64,000 nt of DNA. It comes from Thermodesulfobacteriota bacterium. GTDB taxonomy: Bacteria > Desulfobacterota > UBA8473. Positions 18,985 to 27,070 of this stretch are shown one piece after another. The stretch covers positions 24,628-88,627 of the forward strand of contig JAXHVA010000005.1 in assembly GCA_034189035.1 (NCBI GenBank), given 5' to 3'. The notes under the pieces are model-generated. The model saw only the letters and a program-made list of their open reading frames with translations. It had not been told where the DNA came from and made no database searches. The position numbers and the translations under genes are program-made. How positions within the stretch are numbered: the stretch's first letter is position 1; each line of letters begins with the position of its first letter.

Positions 18985-19093
18985 TACGTAAGTCAAGTCT
19001 TTTTTTATTTCGGTATGGATATACAATATCTTTAATTTTTTCTGCATTAGTATAGATTTATATTAGATACTTTTATATAATGAGTGATATAAA

Positions 19094-20227
19094 ATGATTT
19101 TAATGACAAGGAATATGAAGAATTTGACGTTTTTAACAAAGACCCCAGTACGAGTAGAGTTAGCCATTACCAATCGATGCAATCTTCACTGCACATACTG
19201 TAGCCACTTTACCAGTGCAAGGGATGTAGGCAGAGATCTGACAAAGAAAGAATGGCTCCAATTCTTTAAGGAATTGAATCGATGCGCAGTAATGAGCCTC
19301 ACACTTGAAGGGGGTGAGCCCTTCTGCCGTGATGATCTGAGAGAACTTATCGATGGAATTGTTCAAAATAGAATGCGTTATACTATCCTGAGCAATGGGA
19401 CGTTAATTAACGACAAGACAGCATCCTATTTAGCTTCAACTCATCGGTGTAATGGGGTGCAGGTTTCAATTGACGGCTCAACTCCCGAAACTCATGACGC
19501 ATTTAGAGGTGAAGGGAGTTTTTCTAAGGCATTAAATGGGGTCAAACTCCTTAAGGCACAAGGTGTCCCTGTCTTTGTCCGCGTAACTATTCACAAACAG
19601 AATTTGAAGGACCTGAAAAAGATTGCCAAGCTGTTATTTGAGGAGATTGGGCTTTCTGGCTTTTCTACAAATTCTGCATCGTTTATGGGATTTTGTCGTC
19701 AAAATGCAGATGAGGTACAGCTTAGTGTTGAGGAACGTACCCTCGCAATGGCGACTCTCTTGGAACTTCAAAAGAAATATAAAGGACGTATTAGCGCGGA
19801 TGCAGGTCCTCTTGCTGATGCGACAAACTGGATTGAGATGGAGCAGTTAAAACGAGAAAAAAGAGGTCGTAATCGAAGGGGGGGGTTTCTCACAGGTTGT
19901 AATGGTCCAATGTTTAAGATTGGTGTGCGCGCAGACGGCGTCATTGTACCATGTCTTCATCTGAGCCATATTGTGCTTGGAGAAATCAATAAAGACGATC
20001 TCAAAGATATCTGGCAAAATCATAATGAACTGATAAAACTACGACAACGAAAAAATATACCTCTTGGCGATTTTAGATTTTGCAAGGCATGTGATTATAT
20101 CAATTACTGTACAGGGAATTGCCCTGCCCTTTCCTATACGATTTTAGGAACGGTAAATCACCCGAGTCCAGATGCTTGTCTGAGACGATTCTTACAAAGT
20201 GGAGGTAAGTTACCCGATAATAGGTGA
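19094..20227 (+). CDS. radical SAM enzyme with full SPASM domain
   Basis: 377-aa ORF. CNLHCTYC is the CX3CX2C cluster site. The C-terminus has GC...G...C, then CKACDYINYCTGNC (CX2CX5CX3C) plus a later Cys, which makes up a two-auxiliary-cluster SPASM signature. It is the only plus-strand gene within 0-43 kb. Confidence 0.85.
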   Translation: MILMTRNMKNLTFLTKTPVRVELAITNRCNLHCTYCSHFTSARDVGRDLTKKEWLQFFKELNRCAVMSLTLEGGEPFCRDDLRELIDGIVQNRMRYTILSNGTLINDKTASYLASTHRCNGVQVSIDGSTPETHDAFRGEGSFSKALNGVKLLKAQGVPVFVRVTIHKQNLKDLKKIAKLLFEEIGLSGFSTNSASFMGFCRQNADEVQLSVEERTLAMATLLELQKKYKGRISADAGPLADATNWIEMEQLKREKRGRNRRGGFLTGCNGPMFKIGVRADGVIVPCLHLSHIVLGEINKDDLKDIWQNHNELIKLRQRKNIPLGDFRFCKACDYINYCTGNCPALSYTILGTVNHPSPDACLRRFLQSGGKLPDNR

Positions 20228-21262
20228 TTCTAATTTCCTTACTGTTTTAATTACCCTACTCATTTCTTCATTGGTAAGGGATGGATAGATAGGGATAGAC
20301 AAAGCGCTTTTAAATACAATATCTGTTTTTGGAAAATCAGATAGATTCAGATAGTGGTGTAATGGGCGCCATACAGGCCGTTCGCAGTAAACACCTTCTC
20401 TTTTAATCCTTTTAAGGGCTATTTCAATATCTTTTTCAATCCTTATAACATAACGGTAAAAGATATGCTCCCTATCAGGAAATTCTGTTGGCAAAACTGC
20501 AGGAAAATTTACTAACTCTTTTGAATACCTTTTTGCAATAGCCCTCCTTCTCTTTAAAAATAACGGCAACCTCTTAAGTTGACTGATCCCCAAAGCACCT
20601 TGAACATCAGTCATCTTATAGTTAAAACGGATTTTATAGTCATCCCTGTTGTCGTAGTCACAAAGATCTTTAACCTTCTTAAGGAGACTTTCAGAGTTTG
20701 AAAGGACCATGCCCCCTTCTCCGGTTGCAATCACTTTAGTTGCATAAAAGGAAAATATAGACAAGATGCCGAAACTCCCCACATACTTCCCTTTGTATGC
20801 TCCACCCAGGGCCTGGGCACAGTCTTCTATTAGTGGAATTCTGAGTGAAAGGAGTCCTTCCAAATTAGCAGGAAGGCCAAAGATGTGAGGCACAATAATT
20901 GCCTTTGTTCTTTTATTCAGAGATTCTTCTACCCTTTTTACATCAATATTGAAGCTATTCGTCTCAATGTCAACAATTCTTGGAGTTGCTCCTGTATAAT
21001 GTATCACATTCAGCAACGCAGTACATACATAGCTAGGGATGATTACTTCGTCTCCTCTTCCTATTTCTAAGGCCATCATGGCCAGATGGAGGGCAGAGGT
21101 TCCAGAATTTGTCGCTACACCTCCCTTGACTCCAATAAATTCAGAGAGGGCATCTTCAAATCTCTTTACATATTCCCCCTGAGAGATATACCCGGACTTT
21201 AACACTTGAATCACTGCATTGAAATCTCTACTTATAAGTGTGGGTTTTGAATGTGGGATCAT
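20210..21262 (-). CDS. DegT/DnrJ/EryC1/StrS-family PLP-dependent sugar aminotransferase
   Basis: 350-aa ORF. The N-terminus IPHSKPTLISRDFNAVIQVLKSGYISQGEYVKRFEDALSEFIG and the FYATKVIATGEGGMV (PLP Lys) region are typical. Its 3' end overlaps the radical SAM gene by 18 nt in convergent orientation. Confidence 0.9.
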   Translation of the reverse strand: MIPHSKPTLISRDFNAVIQVLKSGYISQGEYVKRFEDALSEFIGVKGGVATNSGTSALHLAMMALEIGRGDEVIIPSYVCTALLNVIHYTGATPRIVDIETNSFNIDVKRVEESLNKRTKAIIVPHIFGLPANLEGLLSLRIPLIEDCAQALGGAYKGKYVGSFGILSIFSFYATKVIATGEGGMVLSNSESLLKKVKDLCDYDNRDDYKIRFNYKMTDVQGALGISQLKRLPLFLKRRRAIAKRYSKELVNFPAVLPTEFPDREHIFYRYVIRIEKDIEIALKRIKREGVYCERPVWRPLHHYLNLSDFPKTDIVFKSALSIPIYPSLTNEEMSRVIKTVRKLESPIIG

Positions 21263-21268
21263 AGAAGC

Positions 21269-22381
21269 CTATTCAGGGATATCTCTTTTATCAATGGCTT
21301 CACTTATGTGAAGCAATGGCTCATTTGCCAGTTTGATAATATCCCTCTCCTTCATTTTTTTCCCCTGAGGGTCAACGAGGGTCTCAATGGTTGGACTGAG
21401 TGGATATGACTTGTTCGTTTCGATTACTCTTCCAATGGCACCTGAATTTAATTTCACAATACTGTACAAAGGAAATATAGACAATCGCTCAATCAGTGCT
21501 TTTAAAATATGAGATGAGAATACTCCCTCCTTTGTTTCTTTCATGATCTCTTTCATCGCATGATGGGGAAGAAGGTATCCTCGGTATGGCCTGGAATGCG
21601 AAAGGGCTTCATATACATCAGCAATCCCAATAATCTTGGCATACTCATGGATATCTTCTCCTTTTATCCCTTTTAAATACCCTGTCCCATTGCTTCTCTC
21701 ATGCTCTTGCAAGATAGTTTTCTTAAGCCAGGCATGTTCTTCTCCTAAATTAGTTAGAATCTCAAGTCCATATTCAGGATGCCTTTTTACGATATCATAC
21801 TCTTTTTGACTTAATAAACCTGGTTTATAGATTATACTACTTGGTATTTTACACATGCCAATATCATGGAGGAACGCGGCAACTCCCACTTGGATCAGTC
21901 TCTCTTTTTCATATTTGAGACCAATACCAATATCTATTGCCAAAACAGCTACATTGACGCAATGGACTGCCATATCATCAAGAGATTGTTCAATGGAATA
22001 AAATTTAATCAAAAGCGAGTTCTCTTTTTGTCCGTTTAGATATTTGTGTAACGCAGGCTCATATGATTGAAGGCTGTCTATAATCTTTTCTGCAATCGTA
22101 AACAGTTTGTCTATTTTAAAATATCCCCCGTCCTTAATCTTGGCAATGATACCCCTCATATGATGAAGTGATTCTTCATAAACCTCATTGGGGTCTAATG
22201 CGAATCGGTTGAAGATCTTTTCTGTAGTGATTTTGTCAAAATTGGGCTGTGTATTAGGAGACTCCTCTAACATATCCAATTCTCTAAAATTTATTTCATC
22301 TTTCAAGGTAACGTTTCTCTTTGAAGTCCTCTCATCCCTTGACTCTAATTCTCTTTTAATGAGATCCTTTAATTCTGCCAT
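21269..22381 (-). CDS. HD-GYP-type HD-domain protein with non-canonical motifs
   Basis: 370-aa ORF containing FLHDIGM, HPEYG, EHERSNGTGYLKG and IADVYEALSHSRPYR. The architecture matches HD-GYP phosphodiesterases, but HHE is replaced by EHE, DG by NG and GYP by GYL. Confidence 0.75.
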   Translation of the reverse strand: MAELKDLIKRELESRDERTSKRNVTLKDEINFRELDMLEESPNTQPNFDKITTEKIFNRFALDPNEVYEESLHHMRGIIAKIKDGGYFKIDKLFTIAEKIIDSLQSYEPALHKYLNGQKENSLLIKFYSIEQSLDDMAVHCVNVAVLAIDIGIGLKYEKERLIQVGVAAFLHDIGMCKIPSSIIYKPGLLSQKEYDIVKRHPEYGLEILTNLGEEHAWLKKTILQEHERSNGTGYLKGIKGEDIHEYAKIIGIADVYEALSHSRPYRGYLLPHHAMKEIMKETKEGVFSSHILKALIERLSIFPLYSIVKLNSGAIGRVIETNKSYPLSPTIETLVDPQGKKMKERDIIKLANEPLLHISEAIDKRDIPE

Positions 22382-22393
22382 AATATAAAAACC

Positions 22394-23194
22394 TCAAGTC
22401 TGTTCATTGATGGATTCTAATACGATATTGGAGTTGACTATTTTTTCTTTTTTGCTATAGGCTATAAGAAGGCTTAAATCAGATATGTTGTTTATTTTTC
22501 TAGGGATTCCCTGGCTATATTCACATATCTTATCTACCGCTTTATCTGTAAAGATATTCCGGGTTAAACCCGCTGTCTTCAAGCGAAAGTGTATGTATCT
22601 CTCGGTTTCGGATCGATTTAATGGTTTTAGATGGTATTTTATGGCAATTCTTTGCTCCAGTTGAGGCATTTTTGATATTCCATATTTCAACTCCGGCTGG
22701 CCGATTAGGATTAAAGTCAACAAAAAACGATTGTCAAGTTGGAAATTTAACAGGAGTCTAATCTCTTCCATAACATGTCGGTCATCAATGATCAGGTGAG
22801 CTTCATCAATGATTAGTATTGTTTCTCTTTCTTTTTTTACATTCTCCAGCAGTTTGTTATTTATCGCATGAAGTATACTTACTTTTTGCTTGAAATTGTT
22901 TGTAATTCCCATTTGAAACAGGATCTCTTTTAAAAAAGAAACAGGAGGCAAGAAAGGATTTGCTATGAGGATGACTTCGAATCGTTTATCCAGCAGATTC
23001 CGAAGCAGAACACGGCTTAGAAGTGTTTTTCCGCAACCTATTTCCCCAGTCAATATCGCCGCACCTTTACGTCCCTTAACCGCATAAAGTAACCTCATTA
23101 AAGCCTCTTCGTGTTTGTCAGAAAGGTACAAGAATCGCGGGTCTGGAACATTCTCAAATGGAGGCTCTCTCAGTCCCCAGAAATTTTCATACAT
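22394..23194 (-). CDS. ExeA/GspA-like AAA ATPase (EPS-locus type)
   Basis: 266-aa ORF. N-terminus FWGLREPPFENVPDPRFLYLSDKHEEAL, Walker A GEIGCGKT, Walker B ILIIDEAH. It resembles the ATPase family associated with PEP-CTERM/EPS loci. Confidence 0.8.
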   Translation of the reverse strand: MYENFWGLREPPFENVPDPRFLYLSDKHEEALMRLLYAVKGRKGAAILTGEIGCGKTLLSRVLLRNLLDKRFEVILIANPFLPPVSFLKEILFQMGITNNFKQKVSILHAINNKLLENVKKERETILIIDEAHLIIDDRHVMEEIRLLLNFQLDNRFLLTLILIGQPELKYGISKMPQLEQRIAIKYHLKPLNRSETERYIHFRLKTAGLTRNIFTDKAVDKICEYSQGIPRKINNISDLSLLIAYSKKEKIVNSNIVLESINEQT

Positions 23195-23291
23195 AACAGA
23201 AACACATTTTTATTAAATAGATGTATAATTATATATGGAACTAGCTGTCAATGATACACATCGACCAAACAACAGATAAACTTCAATTTTT

Positions 23292-24446
23292 TTATTCGTT
23301 TACTATTTTCGATTTTTTACTCCCTACCTCCAGTATGGTTACAAGTCCGACAATTATTGCCGCCTGGACCAGTAAAAGGAGAGCATCTAACGTACGAGCA
23401 TATCGAAGAGCGATTGAACCGATTCCCATACACACGCAAAGCAAAAAAATAAAGATAACGCTTTTTTTTTCACTACTTAGAAGTATGGCCAGGCGATGAT
23501 GAAGGTGATCCCTTCCCACATAGTCTATCCATTCTCTGAAATTCGTAACCCTTTTAGTTGCTATCCTTGTTATTGTTATATAGGTCATGTCAAAAATGAA
23601 TATCCAAAAGATAAGTAAAGGGGTCGCTAGAGAGACGATCGGATTATTATCCGCCCACTCACCGAGTATGGCAAGACATGCTAAAGTAAATCCTAAGAAG
23701 TTGCTTCCTGCATCACCCAAAAATATAGTAGCAGGGTTGTTTATCCTGAAATTATAAGGTAAGAATCCTATACAACTGCCTACAATAGCAATAGCTATCC
23801 AGCCAAAGTAAGGCTGATTCGTTTGAAAAGCAACGATCCCAATAAAAAAGGCAGTAATGATCCCTAAACCTGAAGCTAACCCATCCATCCCGTCAAAAAA
23901 ATTAAAAGAATTGGTAATACCAATCACCCATAAAAACGTTAAGAAAACATTGAGCTCCATTCCTAAAGGGATTTTAGTAAAAAGGTTTAATACGATTCCA
24001 GAGTGAACAACTATTAAGGTCGCTATAATCTGGATAAGTAGTTTTATCCATGCCTTTACTCCATAGATATCGTCTATTACACTTACAAGAAAAATGAGGA
24101 ATCCACCAGATAAGATGCCCAATAATGATCTTGTAAAGATATTATTACTGTAAACAGCTACAAAAAATGCAATATATATAGGGATACCTCCTAATAAAGG
24201 AGTAGCTTGTTTATGAACTTTTCTATCATCTGGATAATCAAGAGCTCCCCATTTCTTTGCAAAATGTCTTATAATGGGGGTTAAAGTAAAAGAAAGACAA
24301 AAGGATAAGAAAAGGATATAGAGCCACCTAAAACCCTCTCTAAAAAACAGTCCTTTGTTATATGGAACTAATAAGACAATAAGAACGAAGAGGATAACGA
24401 AATAGAAAGTCTTTAATAAATTTGAGCTTATTCTAGATGTTTCCAA
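23292..24446 (-). CDS. undecaprenyl-phosphate hexosamine-1-phosphate transferase (WecA/MraY family)
   Basis: 384-aa polytopic ORF. DYPDDRKVHKQATPLLGGIPIY, NFFDGMDGLA and FLGDAGSNFLG are the conserved PNPT motifs. It has an apparent TTG start. Confidence 0.85.
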   Translation of the reverse strand: METSRISSNLLKTFYFVILFVLIVLLVPYNKGLFFREGFRWLYILFLSFCLSFTLTPIIRHFAKKWGALDYPDDRKVHKQATPLLGGIPIYIAFFVAVYSNNIFTRSLLGILSGGFLIFLVSVIDDIYGVKAWIKLLIQIIATLIVVHSGIVLNLFTKIPLGMELNVFLTFLWVIGITNSFNFFDGMDGLASGLGIITAFFIGIVAFQTNQPYFGWIAIAIVGSCIGFLPYNFRINNPATIFLGDAGSNFLGFTLACLAILGEWADNNPIVSLATPLLIFWIFIFDMTYITITRIATKRVTNFREWIDYVGRDHLHHRLAILLSSEKKSVIFIFLLCVCMGIGSIALRYARTLDALLLLVQAAIIVGLVTILEVGSKKSKIVNE

Positions 24447-24563
24447 ATATCATGCCTTTTAGCCATTGAAAGGTAATCGTCTTTTTTTCGTGTAAATACA
24501 GTTAATTATTATTCTTCAAAGAAACTTCAAGTTCATTGAGAAAACTCAAGAATAACCAAACGA

Positions 24564-25049
24564 TTATTTTCTAAAAAACCATTTGCGGATAAAAGCAAGA
24601 CGGGGTTTTTCCTCTTTTCTTTTCTCTTTCATTATGAATCGTTTTAGTGCCTCGCTATTCTCTTCATTTAGGTTTGTAAAAGACAAACCCACATTATAGA
24701 GAAAATCATTGTCTTCCGGAGTTAGGTCATACCATCTAACCTCTGCCTCTGCATTTATCGTTTTCGAACAAGACGGTAAATCAAGCTCTAGCTGTATTGT
24801 ATTCTTTCCTGAAACGGATACAGAAGAAGCGATATGAAGACCATTAATCTGGACAGTATTCGTCTTTAGAGAAACTCCTCTTGTAGAAACACTTATTGTT
24901 TTTCCCTGAATCACCCCTGATGAAAAATCCCTGTCAATACACTTACTCACTATTATAAACCGTGCATCCAGTGTGATATTTATTCTTGGATGCCTCCGCC
25001 TCTCAAACCTTTTTGGATGTAACATTTTTTCTCTCTTATCCATAGTCAT
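24564..25049 (-). CDS. PilZ-like domain protein
   Basis: 161-aa ORF. RRRHPRINI provides the RxxxR motif. A beta-rich body follows, with ISVSTRGVSL where PilZ has (D/N)xSxxG, so the first residue is Ser here. Confidence 0.6.
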   Translation of the reverse strand: MTMDKREKMLHPKRFERRRHPRINITLDARFIIVSKCIDRDFSSGVIQGKTISVSTRGVSLKTNTVQINGLHIASSVSVSGKNTIQLELDLPSCSKTINAEAEVRWYDLTPEDNDFLYNVGLSFTNLNEENSEALKRFIMKEKRKEEKPRLAFIRKWFFRK

Positions 25050-25196
25050 TTCTAAATTCGTTCTTTGAACGGTTTGTAATTATTACCCTTTTTTCAGCTA
25101 TTTTAAGAAGCATAATAAATCAGTTACAAAGAGATGTTTTAATGATCAATCAAAAGAACTCTTATATTATAAATTATTAAATTATCAGCAGTTCTG

Positions 25197-26912
25197 TTAA
25201 TATGCAGCCAATTTTATACCGTTAATATATCCTCTTATACCAGAAAATATAGAAGAGGCAATCGTCTCAAGGTAATCGTCTTTTTTAAGCCTCTTCTCCT
25301 CTATATTATTACTTATAAAAGAAACCTCCACCAAAATACTTGGCATATCTGCTCCGATAAGTACATAAAAAGGAGCCTGTTTTACTCCAATATCTTTTAT
25401 GTTTGAGTATTTGGAACGCATGCCTTTAATTAAAGATTTTTGAACATAAACAGCCAGCCTATTGGACTCATTGATCTTCGAATTCATTAAAATTTCGCGT
25501 AAAACGTCTTGAAGATCACTTATATTCAAGGTAGTTGTTGCATTTTCTCTGGCTGCTACTTCTGCAGCACTCTCATCAGTGGAAAGGTTTAAAGAGTATG
25601 TCCCAATCCCACTAACGTTTTTATGGGAACTCGCGTTTGCGTGAATAGATATGAATAGATCAGCCTTTCGAGTGATAGCAATAGCGGTTCTCTCCTCCAG
25701 TGGAACAAAACGATCATCTCTTCTTGTCAGGACAACTTCACAGCCTAGCCTTTCCTTAATAACGGATTCGAGTTTTTTAGCGATATTTAAAACAACGTCT
25801 TTTTCTTTCAAACCTGTTGGTCCAATGGCTCCCGGATCACGTCCTCCATGTCCTGGGTCAATTACTATCTTACCGATACCAAGGCTCAACTGTTGGGTTA
25901 AGGTTGGAGCCTTGTCCTTGTTTGATATAGAAGTTCTTTTAGTAAGAGATTCGCTACCTGTTACATCAATCACTATTCTAAAAGGGCTCTCCAAAGGAAA
26001 GACCTTATAGCTTTTAATACTCTCGATATCCAATACAACTCTTACTATGTCATCTCTGTATTGCCCTGCCCTGGCTCTCTTTAAAAGACCATCATTTATG
26101 GGAATCGGTTGGCATAAATCCGGGCTGAGCCTTGTATTTAACAAATCTACATACAAACGTGGAGGTTTTTTATGAGACGGGTCACTCTTCAATAGATGGC
26201 TCTTATAGGAGACATTTTTCTTGAGATCAATCACTACTCTGCTGTTATCTGGATTAGACCAATGCCTTATCCTGGTTACCTGTACAGGATTATCTCTTTT
26301 CTTGCTGGATGACTTTTTAGATGTAACTACAGGCTTATACTTCTCTAATCTATTCAACCTTATCTTGGCCTTTTTGGATAGGTTTCCTTTTGGAAATTTA
26401 GTAATAACTTTAGAATATTCTATGTAAGCCTTTGTTTTATAATTCTTATGCATATCGTAAATCTCTGCAATTCTGAACTGGGCATCATCGGCTATTTTGC
26501 TTCTTTGATATGTTTTTATCAGTCTTTGATAGATCCGAATCGCTTTATTCAAATCAGAGTTCCTGTTTGAATAACCGTATAGATCTTGATAGAGATTCCC
26601 TACCATATACATAGCATTATCAGCCCTAGAGCTTCTTGGGCATTTTTTATAAACCTTTTCAAATTTCCTGGCACAAGTTATCCAGTTAACCCTGTATCTC
26701 CTCTTTGCATTTGAAGCCTTCAAGGAGTTAAACTCCTTGATTGCTGATTGATAAAGAGCCTTACAACTTTCTGAGTACGCATTGGACGAAAACGAAAGGC
26801 CAATAAAAATAACACAAAAAAACAAAACACTAGCACGTAAAGATAAAAGCTCGTTTTCTTTATTAGACTTCAGGTTTAATTGTGAACATAATTTTATCAT
26901 AGTATTGTTCAC
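25197..26912 (-). CDS. N-acetylmuramoyl-L-alanine amidase (Amidase_3) with N-terminal TPR-like and AMIN-like regions
   Basis: 571-aa ORF with a signal/TM segment. IVIDPGHGGRDPGAIGPTGLKEKDVVLNIAKKL and FISIHANA are Amidase_3 zinc-site motifs. Confidence 0.85.
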   Translation of the reverse strand: MNNTMIKLCSQLNLKSNKENELLSLRASVLFFCVIFIGLSFSSNAYSESCKALYQSAIKEFNSLKASNAKRRYRVNWITCARKFEKVYKKCPRSSRADNAMYMVGNLYQDLYGYSNRNSDLNKAIRIYQRLIKTYQRSKIADDAQFRIAEIYDMHKNYKTKAYIEYSKVITKFPKGNLSKKAKIRLNRLEKYKPVVTSKKSSSKKRDNPVQVTRIRHWSNPDNSRVVIDLKKNVSYKSHLLKSDPSHKKPPRLYVDLLNTRLSPDLCQPIPINDGLLKRARAGQYRDDIVRVVLDIESIKSYKVFPLESPFRIVIDVTGSESLTKRTSISNKDKAPTLTQQLSLGIGKIVIDPGHGGRDPGAIGPTGLKEKDVVLNIAKKLESVIKERLGCEVVLTRRDDRFVPLEERTAIAITRKADLFISIHANASSHKNVSGIGTYSLNLSTDESAAEVAARENATTTLNISDLQDVLREILMNSKINESNRLAVYVQKSLIKGMRSKYSNIKDIGVKQAPFYVLIGADMPSILVEVSFISNNIEEKRLKKDDYLETIASSIFSGIRGYINGIKLAAY

Positions 26913-27070
26913 TCACATCAATCCAGAAATAAGCAGTGTATTCTTGCTCGCCCTGTAGAATTTCGCCTTGCGAACCCCTAGAGGGATTCGAATGAGGGAA
27001 CATGTTCTATGGACGGTGAACTCTTTGTTTTTATTGACCTCGAACACAATCGTCTATTTCTAGATAAACA

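Noticed and set aside
18917-19093. Precursor-peptide ORF for the SPASM radical SAM enzyme
   Set aside because: The only plus-strand ATG-initiated frame in the spacer is 6 codons long (MDIQYL). No Cys-rich small ORF occurs on either side of the rSAM gene.
26960-27030. Possible tRNA gene (TTCGAAT T-loop-like string)
   Set aside because: The sequences flanking TTCGAAT are direct copies (GAGGGA / GAGGGA) rather than complementary. No acceptor or anticodon arms can be drawn on either strand. At most it is a tRNA 3'-end-like fragment.
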